Virus record (IMG/VR): IMGVR_UViG_3300024520_000003
Span: 6,745-70,744 of that record
DNA from: a virus
Direction: 5' to 3' (one strand)
Length of the DNA: 64,000 bases
The notes under the pieces are model-generated. The model did no database searches and was not told where the DNA came from. It was given only the letters and a program-made list of their open reading frames with translations. A program made the position numbers and the translations under genes. Below are positions 1 through 8,826 of the stretch, piece after piece (position 1 is the stretch's first letter; each line of letters begins with the position of its first letter).

Positions 1-221
1 ATAGGTCCTATCATTCTTTCCCGTTCATTCTTCCGAAGAAAAAGAAACAGGAATGGTTGAAGCTCCCCAACCTGCTCGTCAGATCTCATTGTCCTTGCTA
101 ACTGGTGTATCTCATTTCCAGCAACCATCAAGTCATGCCAGAACTCGTCTTCGTAAATAGCCTTCGCGTCTTCATTTTGGGAGAAAACTTGAATAGCTCC
201 CTCTTTTATAAACTTTCCCAT
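1..221 (-). CDS. hypothetical protein, runs off the left window edge
   Basis: ATG at 221 preceded by AAGAAGGA; frame MGKFIKEGAIQVFSQNEDAK... stays open to position 1 (manual translation). Confidence 0.6.
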   Translation of the reverse strand, partial: MGKFIKEGAIQVFSQNEDAKAIYEDEFWHDLMVAGNEIHQLARTMRSDEQVGELQPFLFLFLRKNERERMIGP

Positions 222-391
222 TATTAATAATTCCTTCTTGCGTTAGATCGTTGGTGATACATTGTTTTTGAAGTAGACGTCCCCACGTCTACTGCTTTTC
301 AAAACTGAAGACACTGGCTCCCCAATTCTTCCAATGTCTTTAGTGAAAACTCCTCCTCTTGGCCGGGAGGGATTCCTCCCGGCTCCCTTCA

Positions 392-1813
392 CTAAATTAG
401 AAATGCAGTCTCCGCGCCAATGGCATCTGTATTGACCTTCTCGACAGAATGACAAATCGTTGTCAGGCTATCAACGGAACAATCTATCCCAAGTCCAATT
501 ACATTGGGGAACCCGGGATCTTGTTTTTTGAGTCTCCACTCATTTAGCCAAACGTCACCCACACCACATTCGTCATCCGTGACGAATATGATATCAGCTT
601 GTTTCATTTTCTCGTTGTCTTCCATGATGGTCTTCACTGCCCAATCAAGTGCGGGTTCGTAGCGTGTTCCACCTCCTCCAATTTTAGATGACAACCACCC
701 AAGAATTTCATCAGTTATCTCACCACCGTCGGACTCAAAGACTAGTTTTATCCGGTCTTCAAATGTTCCAATAACAAGATTTCTCTTCTGTTTCCTGCAT
801 ATTGAGGCAAGGACGATAGCAATGGCCTTTGCCCACTCCTCTCTCTCGCCAGCCATGGAACCGGATTCGTCGACAAGATAAACGACTGGTCCTTTCGCCA
901 TCGGAACTCGTTCTTGACATTGATAGTTCATCAACGACCGTTCCACGAAGTCCACCCAGAACGTGGTGGCGATATTTCCACCCATGACCATCCGAGCGAT
1001 TTCCTCAGGAAGTGCCTGTTCAATATCATCGCTGAACTGAACTCCAACGATCTCACCAACCGTTGCGTCCATCTTGGACTTTTGAGCGCGATCTGCAACT
1101 CTGAGCATCCGACCAGCCATCTCCATGATTCGATTTAGCTTGTAAGACCGTTCTCGAATCATATCAGCGCGGCGATGACGCCTCTCGATTTCCGCTGGTG
1201 TGGGTATTCCTCCTTTTCCAATTCCCCAACCTCCACCGAGAGTCCCTTCAACGAGCGCAAGTCTATCCAATTCCTCAACACACTCTTCACACGCGCTTCG
1301 TATCGCATTTCTGATTTCAGGCAGTTTCCACGTCACCTCGGACATGAATCTTTGAGACTCTTGCTTGAGAACTCCAAGCGCATTAGTTATGCCACCAAGA
1401 ACGCTCGTAATGGCCACTCCCTGCCTCTTTAGGTCGTTCAAGCCCTCTAGCTCCTCCCTAACCATGCTTTCGGGCTTTACAACGCCTGTCCAGGGCGGTA
1501 AGGACTTCCCAAGACGGTTCATCAGGACCCCATGAGCGACACTAGTCGCCCACGGGTCACTTTCGATACGTCTGTGAAGGGTTTTGACTTCAGGAAGTCC
1601 GTGCATTTCATCCACAATCAAATTCACCCAACCTGTTCCGATTTCACTCGGTTGCGGTCTGGATGGATTCCAATCAGAGGCCAACATGAGCCAGACTGCT
1701 TTGCTCATTAGGGTTGGAGACACATTTGGCACGTTCTGCCACCCTGGATTCCAGAGTTCTTGATTTTTGAATTTATACCAAAGGATTGATTGATGGTCAT
1801 TTAGCTCATACAT
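392..1813 (-). CDS. VWA-domain protein (ViaA/CoxE-like)
   Basis: MIDAS motif VVYLVDESGSM, GGGT and FVTDD in the C-terminal domain; overlaps the upstream MoxR-type ATPase gene. Confidence 0.85.
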   Translation of the reverse strand: MYELNDHQSILWYKFKNQELWNPGWQNVPNVSPTLMSKAVWLMLASDWNPSRPQPSEIGTGWVNLIVDEMHGLPEVKTLHRRIESDPWATSVAHGVLMNRLGKSLPPWTGVVKPESMVREELEGLNDLKRQGVAITSVLGGITNALGVLKQESQRFMSEVTWKLPEIRNAIRSACEECVEELDRLALVEGTLGGGWGIGKGGIPTPAEIERRHRRADMIRERSYKLNRIMEMAGRMLRVADRAQKSKMDATVGEIVGVQFSDDIEQALPEEIARMVMGGNIATTFWVDFVERSLMNYQCQERVPMAKGPVVYLVDESGSMAGEREEWAKAIAIVLASICRKQKRNLVIGTFEDRIKLVFESDGGEITDEILGWLSSKIGGGGTRYEPALDWAVKTIMEDNEKMKQADIIFVTDDECGVGDVWLNEWRLKKQDPGFPNVIGLGIDCSVDSLTTICHSVEKVNTDAIGAETAFLI

Positions 1814-2957
1814 GCGCTGCCACTCCTAAAGCAACGTCACAACGGCGTTTCAACTCTTTCTTGATTGACTTTGCTTCTTCAAGAATTGATCTGAGTCTCG
1901 GCGTGTCTGTTCTTTCAACAAACTCCGTCAGGTCAGCAACCACATTGGTCGCATATCCGTTCACACTCGAAACACTCTCAATCCAGTTGCTTGCGTTGTG
2001 GTCAGTCGGGAGTTGGTCATACTCAGCCTTAAGCCTATCCAGTTTTCTCACTGCCTCGGAAAGAAGTGGATTCGAAACCTTACCAACTGCTGAGATAATA
2101 GCGTTTCTTTCCTTTGGAGTTTTCCAAAGAGCATCCGCCATCCACTCGAGATGCTTTGGTCTCAGTGCGTCGTCACCATCAAGGTACGCAAACGCAGATA
2201 AAGCAGTGCTGATATTTCGCCAAGTTCTCGGCGTTGCTTGAATTCCCTCAAGGAGTAACCCCGACTGAATTGCACAAAGTGCGTCTTCGGTCTCTTTCGG
2301 AAAGTTCGCACCCATCTCAAGGATTGTTTTTTGGGCACTGTGAAGCTCTTTCAGCGTAACTAGTGTGGTTGGTTTTGGCGAGGACCATCTTCGGATCAAC
2401 TTTCTGAAGTTGGACTCTTCTTTGATTTGACTTGGTGCGACGTAGCAGTACAGATACCTGTCCATAAATGCCGAGTCCCGGTTATCAGTCAAAAGGTGAT
2501 TACTTCCCGAGAACATGCACTCAAGTGGGCATTGAACTAACTTGTCGCCATTCCAATATTGACGCTCGTTCATAATCCCAAGGATTGCGTCTCTAACTTG
2601 TCCACCCGAGCGGCCTACTTCGTCCAAGAACGCGATATTTGCTTTTGCAAGGTATCTCACAAGCTTCCGCTCGTAGACGTCGTTTCCTTTCTGAAGTTCA
2701 CTTGTTTTCAGAGGTCCAATGATATCTGAAAGAACTTGAGTCGGGTGACATTGTCGGTCAAAGACCGTTGCGTCTGTGAACATTTCAGCAAGGTATCGAA
2801 CCATCTGGCTCTTTGCTACTCCTGGATCTCCAAGAATAAACGTGTTGAACTTTCCAAGAACTGAAGCAACCATCACAGTTGATAACTCCTCCCTTTCCAA
2901 AAATGCGTTGTTGAGTTGGTTTCTAATGGCAATAAATTTGTCTTGAACTTTGGACAT
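1806..2957 (-). CDS. MoxR/RavA-like AAA+ ATPase
   Basis: Walker A GDPGVAKS, Walker B IAFLDEV, SGSN sensor, AFMDRY; GGAGG RBS. Confidence 0.88.
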   Translation of the reverse strand: MSKVQDKFIAIRNQLNNAFLEREELSTVMVASVLGKFNTFILGDPGVAKSQMVRYLAEMFTDATVFDRQCHPTQVLSDIIGPLKTSELQKGNDVYERKLVRYLAKANIAFLDEVGRSGGQVRDAILGIMNERQYWNGDKLVQCPLECMFSGSNHLLTDNRDSAFMDRYLYCYVAPSQIKEESNFRKLIRRWSSPKPTTLVTLKELHSAQKTILEMGANFPKETEDALCAIQSGLLLEGIQATPRTWRNISTALSAFAYLDGDDALRPKHLEWMADALWKTPKERNAIISAVGKVSNPLLSEAVRKLDRLKAEYDQLPTDHNASNWIESVSSVNGYATNVVADLTEFVERTDTPRLRSILEEAKSIKKELKRRCDVALGVAAHV

Positions 2958-2971
2958 AATGTCCTCCCTTT

Positions 2972-3445
2972 TTAGTTGTTGGTGTGGATTGATTTTGAAT
3001 CTGTAATGAATCTTCTTCTGATGTGGTAACGACCCTCAATGAGAAATACCTTGTCGAAAGTGCTCATAGGTGGTTTTCCGGTATGGATAGCGCCTATCTT
3101 AATCTTATCCTTAATAAGATCTTTTAGTTCAGCCCTTGAATATTCAGGGTAATAAGATCTGAAATATCCCATAGCACTTGTTTGGTTTTTGAAATATGAA
3201 GTCGATTCATAAGAACTATACAAATCCGCTTCATCGCATCCACATTTGGTGTCAATAACACCGCCCGATTCAATAAGCCCAAGCCTTAAGAGTGCTTCTG
3301 AATCAACCTTTGTGGAGTATTGGGATTTATCATCCCTTACTGAGAATTTACAAGTTGCACACTCCTTCACCTTATAAATAAGGCAAAGCCCGTCCCCGGT
3401 TGGTGTGAATCTTGAGTATCCATTAGTCAGTTGGTGTTTTGACAT
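2972..3445 (-). CDS. hypothetical protein
   Basis: 157-aa ORF in a tight operon with RBS-like GGAAGGG. Confidence 0.6.
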   Translation of the reverse strand: MSKHQLTNGYSRFTPTGDGLCLIYKVKECATCKFSVRDDKSQYSTKVDSEALLRLGLIESGGVIDTKCGCDEADLYSSYESTSYFKNQTSAMGYFRSYYPEYSRAELKDLIKDKIKIGAIHTGKPPMSTFDKVFLIEGRYHIRRRFITDSKSIHTNN

Positions 3446-3449
3446 GGTT

Positions 3450-3911
3450 TCACCCTTCCTTTCTTCGTTCTTTGTAAAGTTGCTTCTGTCTCTCTTTTCG
3501 TGACGCCTTTATGATGTCATCGAACTCTTCAGTTTTATATTCACAGTCCATGCACGAAAATGCCCACTCCATGGACTTTCCAGTACACTGGTCGTGATAG
3601 GGGTAGATTGTTGTCCACTCTATGTCGCCACAGAGTGGAGTTTGGATAAATCCCATTGCTTCCACGGTCTTCACGGTCACATTGATTAGCACTCGACGTG
3701 ATTCGCAACCCGGGCAGGATGGAGTGAGTCTTACGTTCTTCACATCCTCTTTTTGGAATTTGTCAAACCATCTACCGTTTGAAAGAACTTCAGAACGTTC
3801 ACAGTGTTCCAATGCTTCCTGTCTAGTTAGTCCCGTTTTTCTAATTTCCCCGCGTTTGTTGTTTCCTGGAAGGAACCGGATTATTTTGTAAGTATCTTCT
3901 GTACCGTTCAT
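3450..3911 (-). CDS. hypothetical protein with two CxxC pairs (zinc ribbon)
   Basis: CPGC and CMDC; ATGA overlap with the upstream gene. Confidence 0.6.
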   Translation of the reverse strand: MNGTEDTYKIIRFLPGNNKRGEIRKTGLTRQEALEHCERSEVLSNGRWFDKFQKEDVKNVRLTPSCPGCESRRVLINVTVKTVEAMGFIQTPLCGDIEWTTIYPYHDQCTGKSMEWAFSCMDCEYKTEEFDDIIKASRKERQKQLYKERRKEG

Positions 3912-4102
3912 GGTCTCCTCCCGGTTGCTTTAGCGAAAATTTCCAATGCTTCTGACTTCCCGCAGGGTGAACAGATCATCGTTTTATTGTCTTTGCGAGA
4001 TAGTGCGTTGAACACCTCCCGATCCCCTACCCATAGACGGTCTTTTTCACATCTTGGGCACTTTCCTCTTTGGTCTTTTGGTGGATTGTTAATGTCGATC
4101 AT
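3908..4102 (-). CDS. small zinc-finger protein
   Basis: CPRC...NALSRKDNKTMICSPCG. Confidence 0.6.
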   Translation of the reverse strand: MIDINNPPKDQRGKCPRCEKDRLWVGDREVFNALSRKDNKTMICSPCGKSEALEIFAKATGRRP

Positions 4103-4261
4103 GGTTTTCTTTCCTTCTGTGGCAAGTTGGGCACACGTTGTCGGTGATTGTTTCTTTCCAAGCGAGATGGTCGCGTCTTTTGATTATCCGTTCCATGAGG
4201 ATTCCCAATAGGCAAGACGCGACCACCCATGCAATAACATAGGCGGTCGCACTGCCGAGCA

Positions 4262-5221
4262 TTACTCTGCTCCCATCATGGACTGAACTTCCCTCACAAG
4301 TTGCTCAGTATCGCTGGACAAAGACTCAACCAAGTCCTCCGAAATCTCTCGATAGAGTTCCAGTTGGCATTTCAAAGCAAGTGCTTCCTGAATAGTCTTT
4401 TCCTTCGTAGACTCGCGAGTGGACTTCGTAAACTCCGCTACCTTTTCACGAATTTCCTTGATACCACTCTCAAACCCTTTCTTCGCTTCAGAGGTAATGG
4501 TCGCCCGTCCCTCTGGGTGATTAGCAGCAGGGATGATTGACATGTGAGTTCCCTCACCGCCGATCATCTCAATCACATCGCGAAGTTTCTGAAGGTCTTC
4601 CATTCGAGAAGCTGGCACGAAGTAAGCGTGACCAGACTTCTTCAAACGAATCCGACCGAAGTGCTTCAGTGAACTACGAATCATCTGAGAAATATCAGGT
4701 GACGTGAAAAGCCCTTTTCGTCGATTCCATTCATCCAAAATAGTAGCCGCAACAGGATTGCTTGGTGTTACGGTACACCCACCACTTTGATCAGCCGCCA
4801 CTAGAAGTGGTTGACCTGGGTTGTTTGGATCGTCTGGGAAGAATCCCAGCTTCGCCAATGGTTCACCCAACTCAACGTCACGCTGCATAACGGGTTTTTC
4901 TTCACCCGTTACGCTGACAGGGTAGATCCCCCAAACGTCATGGGTTGGTTCAGACGAGATGCGAATGACTTGTGCATCTGCAACTCCTACCGAACCTCGC
5001 CCGATAACATAAGCAAACACCTTTCTCGCTGAAGGTAATGATGGTAGATGGATTTTTGACAACCCAACCTTATCAAAATACTTTTCCAAGTCGGTATCTG
5101 TAACAGATGCTTCAGATCCTACGTCATAGAATGTAGTCGCCCCAATATACCCAGTCTTATCACCGAGTGCTTTTTGGCTGCGTGAGATTTTATCAATAGT
5201 TTTCTTAGCTAAAGTTCCCAT
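4262..5221 (-). CDS. hypothetical protein, resembles DUF3150/DUF6744-type partners of AAA/VWA modules
   Basis: 319 aa, GxxYFVP motif, helical C-terminus, upstream of the AAA-VWA pair; family assignment is from recall only. Confidence 0.5.
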   Translation of the reverse strand: MGTLAKKTIDKISRSQKALGDKTGYIGATTFYDVGSEASVTDTDLEKYFDKVGLSKIHLPSLPSARKVFAYVIGRGSVGVADAQVIRISSEPTHDVWGIYPVSVTGEEKPVMQRDVELGEPLAKLGFFPDDPNNPGQPLLVAADQSGGCTVTPSNPVAATILDEWNRRKGLFTSPDISQMIRSSLKHFGRIRLKKSGHAYFVPASRMEDLQKLRDVIEMIGGEGTHMSIIPAANHPEGRATITSEAKKGFESGIKEIREKVAEFTKSTRESTKEKTIQEALALKCQLELYREISEDLVESLSSDTEQLVREVQSMMGAE

Positions 5222-5223
5222 TT

Positions 5224-5844
5224 TTAATCATCCTTTTCATTCATGCGTTGTGTGACAAGTTCAAGAGCCTCAGAACTAGCTTTGCCAAATGCAGACTTAA
5301 CTCCATCAGCAAGCTCTAGTTTCATAAGCCCGTTCTCGGTCTTAAGAGTCCCCAGTCCAAATACCGCGAGTGCGGTTCGGATATTTGTCAGTTGAGATCC
5401 AAGCGTCACCTTGCTCTTTCCCTGCTTACACCCGAGGCTCTGGCTGTATAGGTCATCCATTGAAAGACCGTCTGGATTCCAAAGCAACAGAGATAAAATC
5501 TGCGCCCATGCGACATGATTTCTACTGGGTCCAGATGGTCCCCGTTCTGATTTTTTAGCAGTCTTTTCAGCATGGTTTTCCCGTGCCTGAGAAATCAACG
5601 AGTTCATGTCCAACACAGGGGTCTTCTTCCCGTTGCCTTTGCTTGAAACCTTTGGGGTCTTTAGCTCAGACGCAGTTCTGATTGCCTTTTGAAGAAGTGA
5701 TGGCACTCCTTCGCTTTTTTCGACCTCTATGTCATTGTCTTTTAAGAACTTGACCAGATCCTTTCGTGGCTTTGCAGCGAAGTGATCTGCGACTTGTTCT
5801 GTTGTTAATTGTGATAAATTCATGTTTTCTAAAATCCTTATCAA
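5224..5844 (-). CDS. hypothetical basic protein, possible C-terminal winged helix
   Basis: 206-aa ORF, Lys-rich linker, helical C-terminal domain. Confidence 0.55.
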   Translation of the reverse strand: MIRILENMNLSQLTTEQVADHFAAKPRKDLVKFLKDNDIEVEKSEGVPSLLQKAIRTASELKTPKVSSKGNGKKTPVLDMNSLISQARENHAEKTAKKSERGPSGPSRNHVAWAQILSLLLWNPDGLSMDDLYSQSLGCKQGKSKVTLGSQLTNIRTALAVFGLGTLKTENGLMKLELADGVKSAFGKASSEALELVTQRMNEKDD

Positions 5845-5998
5845 TAGTCAAAGTTGGCTAAGATTCTCGAACGAAAACCTTAGTGGGTTAGAAACCCAGT
5901 TAGCACATCCACACAAGTGATTGAGCTAACTGAAACTCTAAAGCCTAGTTCTTCAATTACCCGCAGAGATGTGAGGTCTCCGAGGGTAATGAAAGTCA

Positions 5999-6664
5999 TT
6001 AAGGGCAGGATGGGCACCGGGAACCATATTCCTCAATTTCCCACTCACCACATTTACACGTTTCACCAACGGCAGCAGGTCTGAGAATAGAGCGTCTTTT
6101 CTTCCTAACCAGTCGAGGGTTTCCATCTCCATGCTGACCTAACTGAAAGTCGTTCTCCCACTTCAAATCAAACTCCACGGCTCCCGACTCAAGAAAGCAT
6201 TTAGGAAGTCCCTTTTGAGCAAGAAAGTCTGACTCGTCTTCCAAGGTTCCTGGAAGCAATACCAGCAGATTATCGAAAGTCATATATCCTATGTCGACTT
6301 CATCTTCATGGCCCATAAAGACGCAATCATACTTGTTCCTCAGTTGTTTGAAGATATTTCCACTCACGGGTTCGTATGTTATTCCCTCGACGTGACAGAT
6401 ATGAGTGTCCTCGTAATTCTCAAAGGAGTCTTCATACTCGCGACCGATATAATCCGCATACATGTCACGTTCTTTGATAAGCGCATCTCTATCTTTTTCA
6501 AGGTGATCGATAATGTGAAGGTAGTTTGCCTCCTTCACTCTTATGAACATATCCAACATGAAGAAGTCTTTCGCTTTTCGAGCATCCTCAATGTGTTTGT
6601 CAATCTTAGATTCCTGAACTCCGTCCATTGGAAGCATTCCATGTAAAGTTTGAACCTGTTTCAT
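5999..6664 (-). CDS. hypothetical protein
   Basis: 221 aa, GAGGTG RBS, ATGA coupling, Cys-rich C-terminus. Confidence 0.6.
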   Translation of the reverse strand: MKQVQTLHGMLPMDGVQESKIDKHIEDARKAKDFFMLDMFIRVKEANYLHIIDHLEKDRDALIKERDMYADYIGREYEDSFENYEDTHICHVEGITYEPVSGNIFKQLRNKYDCVFMGHEDEVDIGYMTFDNLLVLLPGTLEDESDFLAQKGLPKCFLESGAVEFDLKWENDFQLGQHGDGNPRLVRKKRRSILRPAAVGETCKCGEWEIEEYGSRCPSCP

Positions 6665-7155
6665 TTTGTCACCTCTTTCATTTCTTCTAAGTGTTTGACA
6701 TGTTTGGAAACTTCAAAAGCAATTGAGTTGCTTGTGTTTGCCGGGACTCCGCACACATTTAACGCGCCAGCAGCGTCGACGTTGTTATAGCCAGTGCATG
6801 TCATTAGATGAAACGCATACCGACGGGCTGAGTTATCGCGCTCAGTGGAGCAACCGCCTATGGACAACCCAAGGTCAGGTCTCTCGCCTCTCATCACGCA
6901 GTCATATTCGAAGTCAATATCCTCAGTCATATATTCAGGAAGTAATCCTTTCAGCAAATAAAGCATTGTAGGGTGCTCCTCGGTCTCGTTGTTGATTTTA
7001 TTCACTCGCATCATTGCTTTCGCAGTGACCTCTGCGTCATCCAGGTCGTTCGTGAAGTAGGTTGCGTTCTTTCGGGTCTTGATTCTAACTTCGTACTCGT
7101 TGACGTCGTTGAGGTGAAGTGTAATTCCGTACCCGAAGTCTTTTATCTTTTTCAT
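6661..7155 (-). CDS. hypothetical protein
   Basis: 164 aa, preceded by AGGAGCACGACC. Confidence 0.65.
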   Translation of the reverse strand: MKKIKDFGYGITLHLNDVNEYEVRIKTRKNATYFTNDLDDAEVTAKAMMRVNKINNETEEHPTMLYLLKGLLPEYMTEDIDFEYDCVMRGERPDLGLSIGGCSTERDNSARRYAFHLMTCTGYNNVDAAGALNVCGVPANTSNSIAFEVSKHVKHLEEMKEVTK

Positions 7156-7187
7156 GGTCGTGCTCCTTGATTCATTTATAAGTGGGT

Positions 7188-7493
7188 TTAGCTTTTGAGT
7201 TGATAGACCTGTCCGGTCCCATAACTGTTTGCAATGTCAACAATGACGCCAGCTTTCAATGCAAGGTTGATACAGGTGCCAAGTTGGTTTTGACACATCT
7301 CATATTGAAATTGCAGGCAATCGGACTTCTGTCTCTTACCCGCAGCAACCCACCAAGCCACATGCAACCGTTTGAAGCGGACACGGGGGTTCTCTCTGCC
7401 GTCATTGATCTGCCATTGCAGAAGTTCACGAAGCAAGCTTACAACTGCTTCAATCATCAAGGTGTTCATCTGGTCTTCGTAAGTGTTTTTCAT
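7188..7493 (-). CDS. hypothetical protein
   Basis: 101 aa, preceded by AGGAGCGCGACACC. Confidence 0.6.
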   Translation of the reverse strand: MKNTYEDQMNTLMIEAVVSLLRELLQWQINDGRENPRVRFKRLHVAWWVAAGKRQKSDCLQFQYEMCQNQLGTCINLALKAGVIVDIANSYGTGQVYQLKS

Positions 7494-7510
7494 GGTGTCG
7501 CGCTCCTTGG

Positions 7511-7738
7511 CTAAAGGTATTTTTTGAAAAAATCGTTGTTCTTCTTCTTGAGTTCAGCGTCTTCCTGAAGTCGCTTTTCATACTCCAGGATCTCAGCAAT
7601 ATCCTCGTCCGCTCTGAGGAGTCTCAGCCCCTTAAGTCGGCGGTCTTTGTTGACTTTTGCCATCGTCTTTCCAAGTTTGTAGCCCTCCAGCATCGCTCCC
7701 TTCAGGCGTCTTTCGTTATTAGATTTGTTGTTGTTCAT
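7511..7738 (-). CDS. hypothetical basic protein
   Basis: 75 aa, GGAG RBS, ATGA coupling. Confidence 0.55.
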   Translation of the reverse strand: MNNNKSNNERRLKGAMLEGYKLGKTMAKVNKDRRLKGLRLLRADEDIAEILEYEKRLQEDAELKKKNNDFFKKYL

Positions 7739-7962
7739 TTTTGCTCCAGTAAGTGTTGGTGCATAAGTCTTCCGAGAATCACCCGTGCTGCGTTCAGACG
7801 GGCTGGAAAACGATGCGTTCTCCCGGTCTCAAAATCGTTGATTGTTTGAATAAGTAGGTCTCTTTCCTTCTTATTGAGTTGGTCTTTGTAATCGTTTCCT
7901 AGCGCAGCGTTGAAATTGTCGTACTCCCGCGCTCTTCGTATCAATCGTCCAAGCTCACTCAT
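7735..7962 (-). CDS. hypothetical protein (start moved to 7962, MSELGR...)
   Basis: GAGGAGCACGACAATG gives an RBS-led start inside ORF 7735..8067 and removes the overlap with the upstream gene. Confidence 0.6.
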   Translation of the reverse strand: MSELGRLIRRAREYDNFNAALGNDYKDQLNKKERDLLIQTINDFETGRTHRFPARLNAARVILGRLMHQHLLEQK

Positions 7963-8030
7963 TGTCGTGCTCCTCGGCCCGGGAAACCCGGGCCAGTTGA
8001 TTTGATTTTCAGGATTGTAATGTTGTTGAG

Positions 8031-8279
8031 TTATGCGGGTGTGCAAAGGAAAGGTGATACGGTCCATACTCCGCCAACCTCATGCTTGCGTTTCCGTCCT
8101 CGCTCTTCGAGAAGTTTCACTTTCAAGTTCTTAAGGTTGACCTTAACAACTTCACCCAAAGATTGTTCACCGTGCTTGCGTCCAAAATAAACTCGGTCGC
8201 CAGTTTTGAATTTCTTGTTGTTCTTTTTCTTGTTTCTCTTTATTTCATTTTCCATTGCTTTTTGAAGTTTGCTTTTCAT
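8031..8279 (-). CDS. small basic protein, SH3/KOW-like; first gene after the early promoter
   Basis: FKTGDRVYF...GEVVKVNLKNLKV...WTV pattern; GGAGCACGAC directly before ATG at 8279. Confidence 0.6.
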   Translation of the reverse strand: MKSKLQKAMENEIKRNKKKNNKKFKTGDRVYFGRKHGEQSLGEVVKVNLKNLKVKLLEERGRKRKHEVGGVWTVSPFLCTPA

Positions 8280-8291
8280 GTCGTGCTCCAT

Positions 8292-8750
8292 GCCCTCTCG
8301 GGCTGCTATGTGGAATTAGCTCCACTATTAAGGTCACCCCCGTTAGGCGGTGACCTCCGTAGTGTCTCCAACTACGTCCTCTGTCATCAGCACAGAATCG
8401 AACTGTGCTTATCGCTCCAGCGATGCGTCGGTTGTTTTTTTGAACTCCTTGGTGCCCATGCGCCTTCTCCGTTTAGCCTCGCCGTCCTGGGGGCCTCACA
8501 GTTTCCGTATTCCTGTCACATGATTCTCAATCCGTGGTTCTCTCACTCTCCCTGGCTGGCGGCGTCTGCTGGCATGTTAGGCTTCTGCTCGCGGCCCTTT
8601 GGAGGCTCCCGGTTTCGTTTTCTCTCTGGCCGGTTGGGTTGGCAGGTCGGGCGATGGCTTTCATCTCATCGTGGCTCCCGGGTGTTCCTGCTGCCCTTGA
8701 ATTATTCAGTTGTCAATTGCGGCCTGGGTGAAAATTTTTCCTCCCCCGCA
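8292..8750 (-). ncRNA. candidate structured leader / non-coding RNA (~460 nt)
   Basis: No minus-strand ORF of 60 aa or more; chain of hairpins including a TTCGATT T-loop arm (8389-8409) and a GAGA tetraloop (8292-8303); directly downstream of a consensus promoter. Confidence 0.5.
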
Positions 8751-8815
8751 ATTATATTGTAACATCGCCCTTTATCTTTTGTCAAGCATTTATTTTTAGA
8801 TAAAATAAAGGGGGT
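8751..8815 (-). promoter_or_regulatory. sigma70-type early promoter
   Basis: TTGACA (8785-8780), 18-nt spacer, TGn-TACAAT (8761-8756), overlapping TATAAT (8756-8751), AT-rich UP-like tract upstream. Confidence 0.8.
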
Positions 8816-8826
8816 TTTTAGCTTAT

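Noticed and set aside
243-455. 70-aa ORF downstream of the VWA gene
   Set aside because: Overlaps the VWA 3' end by about 60 nt with no clear RBS; a shorter version is possible but unsupported.
8380-8430. tRNA gene suggested by GTTCGATTC
   Set aside because: Only a T-arm is present; I could not build a full acceptor stem, D-arm and anticodon arm or find a CCA end. Kept as part of the leader RNA finding.
8082-8762. 226-aa plus-strand ORF
   Set aside because: Antisense to a real gene and the leader, opposes the strong promoter, has no clear RBS and an unusual Leu/Ser/Phe-rich composition.
8788-8826. Intrinsic terminator after the last tail gene
   Set aside because: Only a weak AT-rich inverted repeat with no GC stem plus U-tract; better explained as the promoter UP element.
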